A DNA stretch of 64,000 bases from the human T2T-CHM13v2.0 reference genome, Homo sapiens. The stretch lies in the NCBI RefSeq assembly GCF_009914755.1, contig NC_060931.1; one strand, written 5' to 3'. Below the pieces are notes generated by a model that saw nothing but the letters and a program-made list of their open reading frames with translations, had not been told where the DNA came from and ran no database searches. The stretch's first letter is position 1. Each line of letters starts with the position of its first letter. Both the position numbers and the translations under genes were made by a program. Below, piece after piece: positions 24,251 to 44,824 of this stretch.

Positions 24251-24611
24251 ATTTTCAAATATAAATGATTGAGTAGCAAAGCATCTAATGGACAGAGTTA
24301 GCTCCAGTGGGTGGCTACAATTACCCAAGAAGCAGATATTAGTTGAATGAAAGGAAGAACTCCTAACAGTGAGACCTGTTCCAACAGGGGAACCAGCTCC
24401 TCCAGAAGTTTTGGATTCCTCCTCATTGGAAGTATTGGCACAGCTAGTGAACGAGTTGTCAGGGTTGAAGTAAATGGGAGGGGTGAGAAGGGCTAGAGGT
24501 GAGAGGAGAAACCATTTGGCCCTAAAGGTTCCTTTGTCTCCCAGACCAGCTTTTCCTCTTAGCGAGATTTTCCTACTAAAACACTAACTCCCAAAAGTAT
24601 ACTAAGAGAGT

Positions 24612-24644
24612 ACATTGGTGGTATAGTGGTAAGTATAGCTGCCT
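24612..24644 (+). pseudogene. tRNA-Gly(TCC) 5'-half retrocopy (tailless)
   Basis: ACATTGGTGGTATAGTGGTAAGTATAGCTGCCT matches recalled tRNA-Gly-TCC nt 1-33 (GCGTTGGTGGTATAGTGGTAAGCATAGCTGCCT) at 30/33; flanked by direct repeat TATACTAAGAG (24598-24608, 24652-24662). Confidence 0.85.
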
Positions 24645-24708
24645 CAAATAATATACTAAGAGGTATTATTAATACACCCATAGTGGAAAAAAGTACAGCG
24701 TATATTTG

Positions 24709-24860
24709 GAGTATACCTCTGTCATATGTGTGTATGCACAGCCACTAGTATAGATAACCCTGCCGGTAGAGTGCATCTCCATCACACGTGTGTGCACATC
24801 CACCCAAGTAGATAATCCTGCTGGTAGAGTGCACCTCCGTCATGTGTGCTGCCATCCATA
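24709..24860. repeat. Degenerate ~58-60-bp tandem repeat (~2.5 copies)
   Basis: gagtatacctct 24709, gagtgcatctcc 24769, gagtgcacctcc 24827; tagataa at 24751 and 24809. Confidence 0.75.
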
Positions 24861-25407
24861 TGTGCATGAAGGCACAGAAGCTCATAACAGTGGTGAACAT
24901 TGGAGAGGGCAGCTGAGACCTCAACCTTGCAAAATGGGTTTCTTTCTGTGAGGTTCTAGCAGTAAGGCATGTTATGATCACTGACTTCCTGCTGCAGGCC
25001 CTTCTTTACATGCTGAAGCCCAAGATGGGCAATGCTGGCTTCAATACCAGCTGAGATTGTTCAGGGCTCTCTTATGTGTCAGGCTCTGATACACCATTTT
25101 TTTTTTAATCTCATCAGTGTCTGACTATTTCTGATCATTTCTTTAGTCAGTGTGAGAAGGGAGATTATGTAAAAGCCATTAAACATAAATATAGAGTTAG
25201 ATTTTGCTAATATTTTCTTTATCTCTTTACTGCTTTGACTCATTGCTCATGAGGTAGTGTGGCATCAGGAAGATCTGTAGAAGGAGAGGAAGTAACTTCT
25301 TAGCTGAGTCTCTTATTTCTTTTAGAACATACTTAGAAATTCCCTTCCAGAAATTTCACCTAAGGAAGCCATCTGATGGTAAATATTTTTTCATAAGACT
25401 CTTTGTC

Positions 25408-27610
<2,203 letters not shown>

Positions 27611-27959
27611 ATTAATCAAAATAATAGAAATAATAAGATCCCAAATTTAAGTATTTATTTACATATATATGCATACAAAGAAAATAATCTGGAAAGGAAA
27701 ACATCAGAATATTTACCCCATAGCCTGTGGAATTATAGGTAACTTAATTTAACTTTTCATACTATGTCTTTTAAATTCTCTATGTTAAATATATATGGAT
27801 TTTGTTATCAGAATAGGAAAAAACAAAGGAAAAGAAAAAGTGTAAACAGCCATTTTGGGGTACGTACTCAGAGTAGCCAGATGGCAAGTGCATGCCATGC
27901 CCGGCCTCAGCCCCGCCCTCTGGTCCCTGTGCCGGCTGTGCCAGGTGCCCTCTTGCTAG

Positions 27960-28313
<354 letters not shown>

Positions 28314-28576
28314 TAGTTCAGGCCTGTAAGCACCAAGGAATGCTTCCCAGGCAGGAGCTGTGGTGGTGAGGAGGGCCACTCCTCATTGACAGAGCAGCTC
28401 TACTGTGTGAAGGAGAGATACACAGAATCCTAATTCTAGAGAAGGTAAACTCCAGGGCAGGCATGAGGAATGAAGAACGTGGCCATCACCTAGGAGAGAT
28501 GGGGCAGGTGCCTGAACAGCACTTCTTCCCAAGGGGCCAGCCCTTGTCTCTGACATCCTCTCACTGCTCTGAGCAG

Positions 28577-28729
28577 GTGTGTTACCGGCGCAACGGCCAC
28601 AACGAGATGGATGAGCCCATGTTCACGCAGCCGCTCATGTACAAGCAGATCCGCAAGCAGAAGCCTGTGTTACAGAAGTACGCTGAGCTGCTGGTGTCGC
28701 AGGGTGTGGTCAACCAGCCTGAGTATGAG
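28577..28729 (+). CDS. OGDH: OGDH exon 12 (153 nt; [14 protein letters not shown]...QPEYE)
   Basis: gagcag|GTG acceptor, GAG|gtacgt donor; YRRxGHNE motif. Confidence 0.97.
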
Positions 28730-29098
28730 GTACGTCCCTGCGGCTCTATCCCAGTGCGCCTTTCCAGGGCTGGCGATGACTAGAAAAGGTGGGCCACAGG
28801 GCCAGTTCTCACTTTTGCCAGTTATGAGGATACACGTGAGAGGATGTGAAATATTTACAACTACAGCATTTCAATGCATAACTTTTTGGAGAATCTGGGC
28901 CACTGAGATGCTTTATAAAGGAAGTGGGCCTTAAACAGTGTTTTGGGGAAGGGAAGGGGATGTTTTCAGGTTGAGGTAGTAGCAGCCCAGTAGGTTTTCT
29001 CAGATTTCACAAATTGTGCATGGTTGAGAGGTGGGTGGTGGATCCAGCTTGGTAAGGGGCCTGTTGTAATCTGGATAGTAAGTGCTGGTTGGTTGTGA

Positions 29099-29889
<791 letters not shown>

Positions 29890-30176
29890 TCAAACTCCGA
29901 GCAGAATCTCTACCCAGCAAATGTGAGGAAGAAACTTTTGGGAGTGAAAAGAATAAAATCTTAGAAAGGTGTTATGCCTATTGAGAAGGAGCAGGCCCAG
30001 AGGCTGAGATGTTTTGCATCCACGAAGTGTGGGACTATGGGTGGGCATGCACGGGAGTTGTGCCAGGGGTATGGTTGGGCTTGCGTGGTGGCTGTCAGAA
30101 AGTGTGGGGGTACAGGTGGGCGTGTGCAGTAGTCATGCCCTGTGCCAGTCACGCTGTGTTGTGCCCAACCCTCCAG

Positions 30177-30279
30177 GAGGAAATTTCCAAGTATGATAAG
30201 ATCTGTGAGGAAGCTTTTGCCAGATCTAAAGATGAGAAGATCTTGCACATTAAGCACTGGCTGGACTCTCCCTGGCCTG
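30177..30279 (+). CDS. OGDH: OGDH exon 13 (103 nt; EEISKYDK...WLDSPWP)
   Basis: ctccag|GAG acceptor, CTG|gtgagt donor. Confidence 0.97.
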
Positions 30280-30580
30280 GTGAGTGAAGAAACAGTGCCA
30301 CAAATAAGCTCCTTTGAGGATCTGATGTAACGAGGCATCCTCTTCCCAGAAAAAATTCATGCTTTCCACTTTGTACCCACAATGCACAGTTGTATGCACC
30401 ATTTCAGCAAAGCCCCCTGCAGACCCTGGACCCAGACCCCTGCATTAATGTTTTCTGGGGAACACAGTGTGAGCTACATTGTCTCTCACCCTGCTTCTCC
30501 CCAAAATCACGTGTCTGCCATTTTGTGGTCCCTGGAAAAGTAGAGCAGATGTCATGCCTCAGTTGTTCTTCTTCTCCTAG

Positions 30581-30709
30581 GCTTCTTCACCCTGGACGGG
30601 CAGCCCAGGAGCATGTCCTGCCCCTCCACGGGTCTGACGGAGGATATTCTGACACACATCGGGAATGTGGCTAGTTCTGTGCCTGTGGAAAACTTTACTA
30701 TTCATGGAG
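30581..30709 (+). CDS. OGDH: OGDH exon 14 (129 nt; FFTLDGQP...FTIHG)
   Basis: tcctag|GC acceptor, GAG|gtaaca donor. Confidence 0.97.
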
Positions 30710-31061
30710 GTAACACGCTCTGTGCTGACCTGTGGAAATGTTGGGGCCCAGGCCAGGGGCGACGACTGTCTAGGACTGTGACCTTGGCCCCCATCATGTG
30801 TCCTACAGAGACTCCCTTCCTGCCCTGCTCAAGGCCTCTGGGGTGGTTGGATGGAGCCACCTCTCCCACTCCCTGCCCTTAGCACGATCCTACACTTCCT
30901 CAGTGGTAAAGGAGAGACTGAGGTCACAGCTTTTCCAGCAAGTCAGGAACCCAGAAACTACGAGTAAAGAAGGCTCCGCTCTTGCCATGGGCACGCTGAG
31001 AAGCAAGGCAGGCATGTGCAGGCAGGGCCTGCAGCAGCTGGTGAGAGCTGTGTCTCTGCAG

Positions 31062-31212
31062 GGCTGAGCCGGATCTTGAAGACTCGTGGGGAAATGGTGA
31101 AGAACCGGACTGTGGACTGGGCTCTAGCGGAGTACATGGCGTTTGGCTCGCTCCTGAAGGAGGGCATCCACATTCGGCTGAGCGGCCAGGACGTGGAGCG
31201 GGGCACATTCAG
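31062..31212 (+). CDS. OGDH: OGDH exon 15 (151 nt; LSRILK...[12 protein letters not shown])
   Basis: ctgcag|GG acceptor, CAG|gtaacg donor; [13 protein letters not shown] motif. Confidence 0.97.
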
Positions 31213-31491
31213 GTAACGTTCTGGGCAGTTTTGTTTGCCCTCCAAAGAGTAGAAGATGGAAAGGGAGGGGTTCTGGTGTTTCTTTTCCGGAAGACGGTTA
31301 GAAACCGGAAGAGTCACATTGCTCTCAGGCTGAAAACCTCTGTCCCTCATTTGCTATGGGTGCTTCTGTTAAGACCTGGGTGGGGCCGACCCTGCAGCTG
31401 CCTGGCCAGAAGTCCAGGTCACAGAGCATGGCATCTGCTGGTGCTTCGTGCGGGTCCCCAGCGTATTTGCTTGTCAAGTCAGAGCTCCTAA

Positions 31492-31981
<490 letters not shown>

Positions 31982-32342
31982 TAGGACCCTGACCCCAAAG
32001 ACTGGCACGAGAGCCAGTGGCTCACACCAGCCTCCTAAGGACTCTGCTGGTGCTTCCCATCCATCTCAGATGGGATGTCACTTCAGAAAGCCAGAGTAGC
32101 CCATCTGGATGTGGCTAGCATGCCCCGTCCCTGCTGGTGCAGACTCCCTAGATGCACAGGCGTCCAAGTGTGGAAATGATGAGCCAAGTGCTTTGCTGGT
32201 GGGAGGGGGAAGGAACTGAACCCTGCCGTCAAGAAAAAAGATAACCAGAAATGAGCTAGTTGGTTAAGGAGGAGGAACAGCAGATGCGGCAAATGTCAGT
32301 ACGCAAGAGCTCTTAAACTGTAACTTGCGTGTGTGGTTCCAG

Positions 32343-32414
32343 GGTCCAGAACATTCCTCCGCCCGCCCAGAGCGGTTCTTGCAGATGTGCAACGATGACC
32401 CAGATGTCCTGCCA
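32343..32414 (+). CDS. OGDH: OGDH exon 18 (72 nt; [24 protein letters not shown])
   Basis: ttccag|GGT acceptor, CCA|gtgagt donor; GPEHSSAR motif. Confidence 0.97.
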
Positions 32415-32780
32415 GTGAGTAATACAGGCCCTGTCAGCCCAGCCATTCTCGGGGTGTCTGGTGGGAAACCTGGAGAAGAGCAATCTATCTGGTCATCCTG
32501 AAGTGGCAGACCGTGCCTCTGTCCCTTTCTCCATCCTGGGGAGCTCACGTGAGTGGACAGGTGTGGCCCCATGCTTCTGGGCGCCCTGGGATGAGAGACT
32601 TCCTCAGAGCACAGAGGAAGGTGCAGGGACTGCCTCCATTGGCTTCCTGCTGTTGCTGCAAGCACAGAAACGCCATGTGAGCTCCTCAGCAAGGGCTCCT
32701 GCGGGATGCTTCCAGACCCTGATTCAGGTCTGGAAGCCCTGAGGAGGAGAGAACTTTGGGGCGATTCCAGTGAAACTTTA

Positions 32781-33597
<817 letters not shown>

Positions 33598-33813
33598 CTC
33601 AAAGAAAATGATTAGGTGTCAGTGTCTAAGGAAAATTGGTTTTAGGTAGAACTTGTGTCTCTTAAAGTGGTATTTGTTTCATGCTGGGCAATAGCTTTCA
33701 GAGAAATAGTATGGATTGAGTGGGACTGAGGCTCTCCTCCAGGGTATGAGGCTGGCCGAAGGAGCTTGCTGGACTCACTTGTTAGTGTCAGCTTATGTCT
33801 CCTGGGGAGTCAG

Positions 33814-34214
33814 TGTGTTAGGCCATTCTTGTGTTGCTATAAAGAAAAACCTGAGACTGGGTAATTTATAAAGAAAAGTTTAATTGGCTCACAGTTCTGT
33901 AGGCTGTACAGGAAGCATGATGCTGGCATCTGCTCAGCTTCTGGGGAGGCCTCAGGAAGCTTACAATCATGACAGAAGATGAAGTGGGAGAGCAGGCATG
34001 TCACATGGCCAGAGCAGGAGTAAGAGAGTGGGGGAGAGGGGCCACACACTTTCAACAACCAGATCTCGTGTGAACTCAGAGTGAGAGCTCACTCATCACC
34101 AAGGGGATGGCCCAAGCTCTAATCCTAACACCTCCCACCAGGCCCCACCTCCAGCAGTGGGAGATTACAATTCAACATGAGATTTGGGCAGGGACAAATA
34201 TCCAAACTAGATCA
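33814..34214 (-). mobile_element. MaLR solo LTR (MSTB-like), ending 75 bp before exon 19
   Basis: tgtgttaggccattcttg...ctgggtaatttataaagaaaag...gggacaaatatccaaactagatca; TG...CA termini. Confidence 0.88.
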
Positions 34215-34288
34215 CCTGAGGGCCCCCACATGCCCCAGAAGACTCAGTGCTGTGTCCTGGCCTCTGGCCATTTCCTTCCCTGCTGCAG

Positions 34289-34417
34289 GACCTTAAAGAA
34301 GCCAACTTCGACATCAATCAGCTATATGACTGCAATTGGGTTGTTGTCAACTGCTCCACTCCTGGCAACTTCTTCCACGTGCTACGACGCCAGATCCTGC
34401 TGCCATTCCGGAAGCCG
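34289..34417 (+). CDS. OGDH: OGDH exon 19 (129 nt; DLKEANF...FRKP)
   Basis: ctgcag|GAC acceptor, CCG|gtcagt donor. Confidence 0.97.
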
Positions 34418-34878
34418 GTCAGTGGCAGGGCCTCCCTTGCTCAAACGAGGCCTGGCCCTGCCCTGTTGGTGCAGGGAAGGGCTCCTCAGAGAGCCTCTTG
34501 CTTGGGGTTAGCTAGGTGGGCACCTGCAGGGGTAGTGTGGACAGGACATGGTGTCAGGGAGCCTCGCCCTTCCTCCTCACTGCTGCCATGAGGGAACTGC
34601 GTGTTCTGTGTGTCCTCTTCCCCGACTGGGCCCCTGCATACTGCTGAGCACCACATGCGGAGCAATCACATAGGCTGCAGGCCCCAGCCCGGTGGGGAGG
34701 ACGGATGTTTGAACAGGTGGTCATAGGGGGTGTGCTGAGCTCTGGAAGAGAGGTGAGCCCTGGCAGAGGCCAAGGGAGTGCAGGGTCCCCAGGGAGCGGC
34801 TCCTGAGCTGGGTGTTGAAGGGTGAGTAGAAGTTGAGTGGAGGGATACGTTGGAGAAGTGATTCATAAAAAGGAAGGA

Positions 34879-35187
34879 GGCCGGGCGAGGTGGCTCACGC
34901 CTGTAATCCCAGCACTTTGTGAGGCCGAGGCAGGTGGATCATGAGGTCAGGAGATGGAGACCATCCTGGCTAGCACAGTGAAACCCCGTCTCTACCAAAA
35001 AAAATACAAAAAAATTAGCCGGGCATGACAGCGGGCACTTGCAGTCCCAGCTACTTAGGAGGCTGAGGCAGGAGAATAGGAGAATAGCGTGAACCCGGGA
35101 GGCGGAGCTGGCAGTGAGCCGAGATCGCACCACTGCACTCCAGCCTGGGCAACAGAGCGAGACTCCGTCTCAAAAAACAAAAAAAAG
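34879..35187 (+). mobile_element. AluY-like element in intron 19
   Basis: Full dimer with A-rich tail. Confidence 0.9.
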
Positions 35188-35690
35188 GAAGGAGTGTGGG
35201 GGACAGCGAGGGAGTGCCCTGCTGCCCTGGGATACCGCGGGGGTGGGAGTATGGGGTGGAGGCTTGCAGCTCGGAGTGTCCCCAGCAGTCCAAGGGCCCA
35301 CAGGGCAGGACAGCCCTGGTGCTTCTTGGTGCTGGGCCATGTCACAGCCTTACATGGGCTTTGGGTGCATTTGCTCTGAGACTGCCAAGGAGAGGGTCAG
35401 AGCTCTTTCCTAGGTACAGAGAAGCAGGGAAGGGAGTATTGGGAGTCCGAGCAGGCTGGGATGGGCCCTGCCAGGAGTGGATACCCAGCTAGGGGAGGTG
35501 AACAGCAGGGAAATTGGTCATCTTTCCTTTTCCCTCCTTCTCTGCCTCTTCTGACCTGAGGCTCCTGTTGAGTGGGAGGGCAGGTGTGTTTCATGGCCTG
35601 AAGGTCAAGGCTTGGGTAGCCTTGCTTTTGACCTTCCTTCTGGAATCTTCAGAATCTGATCCTTCACGAGCCTATTGTTCTGTATTTCAG

Positions 35691-35763
35691 TTAATTATCT
35701 TCACCCCCAAATCCCTGTTGCGCCACCCCGAGGCCAGATCCAGCTTTGATGAGATGCTTCCAG
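35691..35763 (+). CDS. OGDH: OGDH exon 20 (73 nt; [13 protein letters not shown]...EMLP)
   Basis: tttcag|TTA acceptor, CAG|gtgggt donor; TPKSLLR motif. Confidence 0.97.
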
Positions 35764-35908
35764 GTGGGTGTGAGGGAGATGGGCATTTCCTTGGGGGAAG
35801 CTATGTTTGGGGCTTCTTTGCTGCTGCTCTTTTACAGCTCATGGGACTGACATTTGTGATTCTCACTGGCTCTTGCCAGATTTTTGGTTGTAAAGACCCG
35901 TGATACAT

Positions 35909-36260
<352 letters not shown>

Positions 36261-36681
36261 TCACAGCTTACATTCACGTTGGTCAAATGACATGTCTTAA
36301 CATGCAGCCCAGGAGCTGTTGCCTCTCACCTGCAAATGCCCCCAAGGACTCCACTAGAGGCAATTAAGTATGTCCAAGATTGAGGGTTAGTGCCGCTGCC
36401 TGCGGCCTCCTTCAGCAGGTGAGTGGCAGCTCACCACTGGCTCAGAGGCCCAGCCCCAAAGCAAGCCCTTCAGGACAGAGAAAAAAACACTGGACGGCAG
36501 GTCCTGCCAAGTCACATGCCAGCTGCACTTGTGTGAAGGGAGACCCATAACATTGAGATTTCTATAGGGACAGTGGAGTGCAGGATGTTGACACAGCCTT
36601 TACCACCCACCAGGGGTCACCAGGCCAGGAAGCCTGCATCCCACCAGTCACCAAACCCCCTTTAGTCTTCAATCAAGGTGA

Positions 36682-41121
<4,440 letters not shown>

Positions 41122-41388
41122 TGAGCCAAGCTGTTTTGAAGGCTAGCCTGGTGTTACTTGATACCCAGAGCTGGCCATGTCTGCTGTGTATTTGTTACAC
41201 GTAACGTGCTTTTCAAAGTGTGCCTGGTCTGAGCAAATACAGGGCATCAGAGGCTGGTGAAGGGGAAGCATCTCTAACCCTTGAAAGCTGCGTCTCCTGG
41301 CAGCAGTCCCTGGCACAGCCCTGGGCCCAGGAGAGCTCTCAGCCACATACCTGAGAGAACCAGCCTAGCCATGGGAACTCTCTTGTAG

Positions 41389-41552
41389 GAACCCACTTCC
41401 AGCGGGTGATCCCAGAAGATGGCCCTGCAGCTCAGAACCCAGAAAATGTCAAAAGGCTTCTCTTCTGCACCGGCAAAGTGTATTATGACCTCACCCGGGA
41501 GCGCAAAGCACGCGACATGGTGGGGCAGGTGGCCATCACAAGGATTGAGCAG
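41389..41552 (+). CDS. OGDH: OGDH exon 21 (164 nt; THFQRVIP...CTGKVYYDL...RIEQ)
   Basis: ttgtag|GA acceptor, CAG|gtgagg donor. Confidence 0.97.
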
Positions 41553-41745
41553 GTGAGGGCAGGTGGTGCCATCAGGGTGTCCCCCCAGCGGGGGTCAGGG
41601 CTCTGGTGCCTTCACAGAACAGCCTTGCTTGGGGTGTGGCCCTCAGGTTCCTGACCTTCCCTGCTCGGAACACCAGTTTCCCTTTGCTGGATCTTGCCTG
41701 CCCTCTGAGTTTCCTCTTTTTGATCTGACCCCTGCTGTCTCCTAG

Positions 41746-41900
41746 CTGTCGCCATTCCCCTTTGACCTCCTGCTGAAGGAGGTGCAGAAGTACCCCAATG
41801 CTGAGCTGGCCTGGTGCCAGGAGGAGCACAAGAACCAAGGCTACTATGACTACGTGAAGCCAAGACTTCGGACCACCATCAGCCGCGCCAAGCCCGTCTG
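41746..41900 (+). CDS. OGDH: OGDH exon 22 (155 nt; LSPFPFD...[10 protein letters not shown]...KPV)
   Basis: tcctag|CTG acceptor, CTG|gtaagg donor; WxQEExxNQG motif. Confidence 0.97.
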
Positions 41901-42042
41901 GTAAGGCTTCAGTCCCTGCCAGGAAGGCTGTGGGACCCTCCCCTCAGGCCAGTAGGCAGTTAGCCAGGCACATGCAGCAGAGGGATGGGCTGGGCCAACT
42001 CAGTGTCCCCTGCCCTCACTGCCCCCTCCCTCCATCTCTCAG

Positions 42043-42163
42043 GTATGCCGGCCGGGACCCAGCGGCTGCTCCAGCCACTGGCAACAAGAAGACCCACCTG
42101 ACGGAGCTGCAGCGCCTCCTGGACACGGCCTTCGACCTGGACATCTTCAAGAATTTCTCGTAG
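42043..42163 (+). CDS. OGDH: OGDH exon 23, coding part ([13 protein letters not shown]...DLDIFKNFS*)
   Basis: tctcag|G acceptor; stop TAG 42161-42163. Confidence 0.97.
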
Positions 42164-43232
42164 ATGCTGCCTAGGGTTGCTTGGGCCACTGCCCTCTCCA
42201 CACCCATGACTGCCCCTTGCTTCTCAACTAAAGAATAGTGCCTCAGCGCTGCCCACACCACCGCCCTCCTCGCTGTGCCACCACCCCTCCCTCTGCTCTC
42301 ATAGGAGTTAGGCTGTCGTCCCCCTCCAGTGCTTGGCTGCCCCACAGGCCACACGCTGCCCAGGCTCTGCTGACTTCTGAGCAGTTTTCCAGGAGGCCGG
42401 GGGGAGCAGGAGGAGGAAAGGTAGCCCCCGAGGGATGTCCTTGGGGAGGGGTCAGCTCTGGCCACAACCCTCCCCACCAGTCTCACCCACTAGGATAGGA
42501 ACTGGGCCTTGTGTGCTGGCTTCCGCTGTCACCCAGCAAGGCACAGGCTCCTGTATTTGAGACTAGGATAGCTTCATCTTGAGCCTGAGCCTTAGAATCT
42601 GTAGAGGAGCCTGGAGTCGGATCTAGCCATGGCTGGCAGAGGTTTCTAGGGTGGGCCCCAGCCGTGGCGTGAACTGAGGATGACCCGGGGCAGCTGGCAG
42701 GAGAGAGCCTTGGCCTGACCTGGCACAGAAAGGGCAGCTTCAGTCTCTGCAGTGTCCATTATCTGCTGTTCCTTCGAGGGTTCCAGGCTGTGTGTGGGGC
42801 CCAAGCATGCCCCACCCACCCCTCCTGGGCCCAGGCAGCACCTGGAGCCCACAGAGTCTGTGTGTAGCCAGGAAGCCCCGCTCAGGTAGCCACCGCCGGG
42901 GCACTGGCTGCTCTGTCTTGGTCCTGTTAACCCTCCACCTCCTCTCTTGGACTCCCTCCCCACCCCAACCACTCTTTCTTTCTCCTTTAACCCAATGGAG
43001 ACTTTCTGATGCATCATTTTCTTTGCTGTGCCAAAGCAGGTCAGAAGAGGGAGAGGAGGGGCTGGGGGTGAGGGGCCAGGCCATGGCCAAGGGGCCAGCT
43101 GCCCCTCATTTATCACTCTGACCTTCACAGGGACAGATCTGATTTATTTATTTTGGTTAAAAAAAAAAAAAAAGGAACAGAAACAACTTTGCATTGCATT
43201 GGCTTGACCCATAAACTAAGTTATATCCGTGG
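42164..43232 (+). other. OGDH: OGDH 3'UTR (~1.07 kb; 3' end approximate)
   Basis: Repeat-free sequence from the stop codon to a CATAAA signal followed by a GT-rich tract. Confidence 0.75.
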
Positions 43233-43265
43233 GCATGTCTGCTGTGTCTTTCTGTCTGTTCTGCC
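43210..43265 (+). terminator. Terminal poly(A) signal (variant CATAAA) with GU-rich downstream element
   Basis: CATAAA 43210-43215, then tgtctgctgtgtctttctgtctgttctg; I saw no AATAAA/ATTAAA in the UTR. Confidence 0.65.
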
Positions 43266-43988
43266 TTCTCCCCTGAGGGGATGGGGATGGGCCAGTCCCC
43301 TCCTAACCCACCTGGGAAGCAGCCCCCTCCTCATTGGACAGGGGGAGTGATGACCACCACCTGCAGGCCCTCGCCGGCAAAGCCGTCATTGTGAATGCGG
43401 CAGAGGCGGCCTGGGCTGCCGGGCTGTTTGGGTGCAGTCCTGTTTCTGAGCTTTCCCTGCTCTGGGTCCTTCCCCTGGCTCCACCTTGAAAAAGTACTCT
43501 GCACTCTGTGCCTCTCCGTTTGAGCCAGCGTGCCTGCGGGTTCACCCTAACCACACGTTTGTTAATTAGTGCTCCCCAGAGCCCAAGCAACGATTCCAAC
43601 CTGGAGATGGGGCCTCTCACCAGCACACACCTGGGTCCCCTCTGGCCAAGAGCTTCATCCCATAACAAGCCAGGTATTGGCTTCCTGAGCACTCAACCAA
43701 TCTCACCCCTGAGGAAGAGCTTAAGTGGGGTCAAGCCTCTGACCCACCACCCTGTTCTCTAGGGAGCACCTGCCTGGGTCCCCGGATTTGTCCTGTTGTC
43801 GCTTTGCAGCATGGCCCAAGGTTCTTCTGATGGAAGCATGACCACCAGCCAGTGCCAAGTGGAGTGGGTCCTGGGGTGGGCGTGAAGAGCTGCTGCCATC
43901 ACCCCCAGAGCTGTAGACAGGCGCTCCTGCACACGTCTGCTGGTGACCAGTGCCACCTCCCTGTGCCTCACCACTTACCCAAAATCCT

Positions 43989-44272
43989 GGCCGGGCTGGG
44001 TGGCTCACACCTATAATCTCAGTACTATAGGAGGCCAAGGCAGGAGGATCGCTTCAGGCCAGGAGTTCAAGACCAGCCTGGGCAACATAGACCCTATCTC
44101 TGCAAAAAAATTTAAACATCAGCAGGGTGTGATGGCGCATACCTGTAGTCCCAGCTACTCAGGAGGCTGAGGTGGGAGGATCACTCAAGCCTGGGAGGTC
44201 AGGGCTGCAGGGAGCTGTGGTTGCACTCCCAGCTGGGTGACAAAGCAAGACCGTGTCTCAACAACAAAAAAA
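43989..44272 (+). mobile_element. AluJ
   Basis: Diverged dimer. Confidence 0.85.
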
Positions 44273-44800
44273 AGATTTTGGAAAAATGGCCTCGGTGTGC
44301 TGCAGCAAGGTAAGCTGGGACTCGCCTCGATGCTTCCCAGCTGGCCAGGGAAGCGGAACATCCGGGTGAGCAGAGCCCAAACTGGTTCTGAGGATCTAGG
44401 AACACTTCCCAGGGAGTGGGGCTTGAGTTGGTTCCTGAAGCGGCTCAGCACGGTGACCCCTAGGTTGTCCTGGTGGTAGTTGTGACCACAGGAACAGGCA
44501 AAGCTCCTCTGGAAATTCTAAGTATGTGCAGGTCTTTGTAAGTTCTCACTGCAGGTCTGTGGCCCTCAGCACCCTGCAAGGAGAACAGGGCTTTGTAAGG
44601 GCTCTGGAAAGATCAGGAACAGTCAGAACATGCTGGACCAGGTGCTCACACATGACGTCTTGCAGATGGTTCCCTGGTTTTGTTCTGTTTCAGTTTTTAA
44701 TTGTCCCATTTTCTAAAATTGGAAAACAATTGTTGGAAGAAGCTCCATGCAGTCTAGGCAGCATCTTGTGTGTTTAGATGAGACTTAGTGGGCCAGGACC

Positions 44801-44824
44801 GTGTGTGTGTGTGTGTGTGTGTGT
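44801..44824. repeat. (GT)n microsatellite, ~12 units
   Basis: Seen directly. Confidence 0.95.

Noticed and set aside
42016-43128. Antisense ORFs of 156 and 160 aa over the last exon and 3'UTR
   Set aside because: Expected in GC-rich, stop-poor sequence; non-ATG starts, low-complexity products and no recognisable domain.
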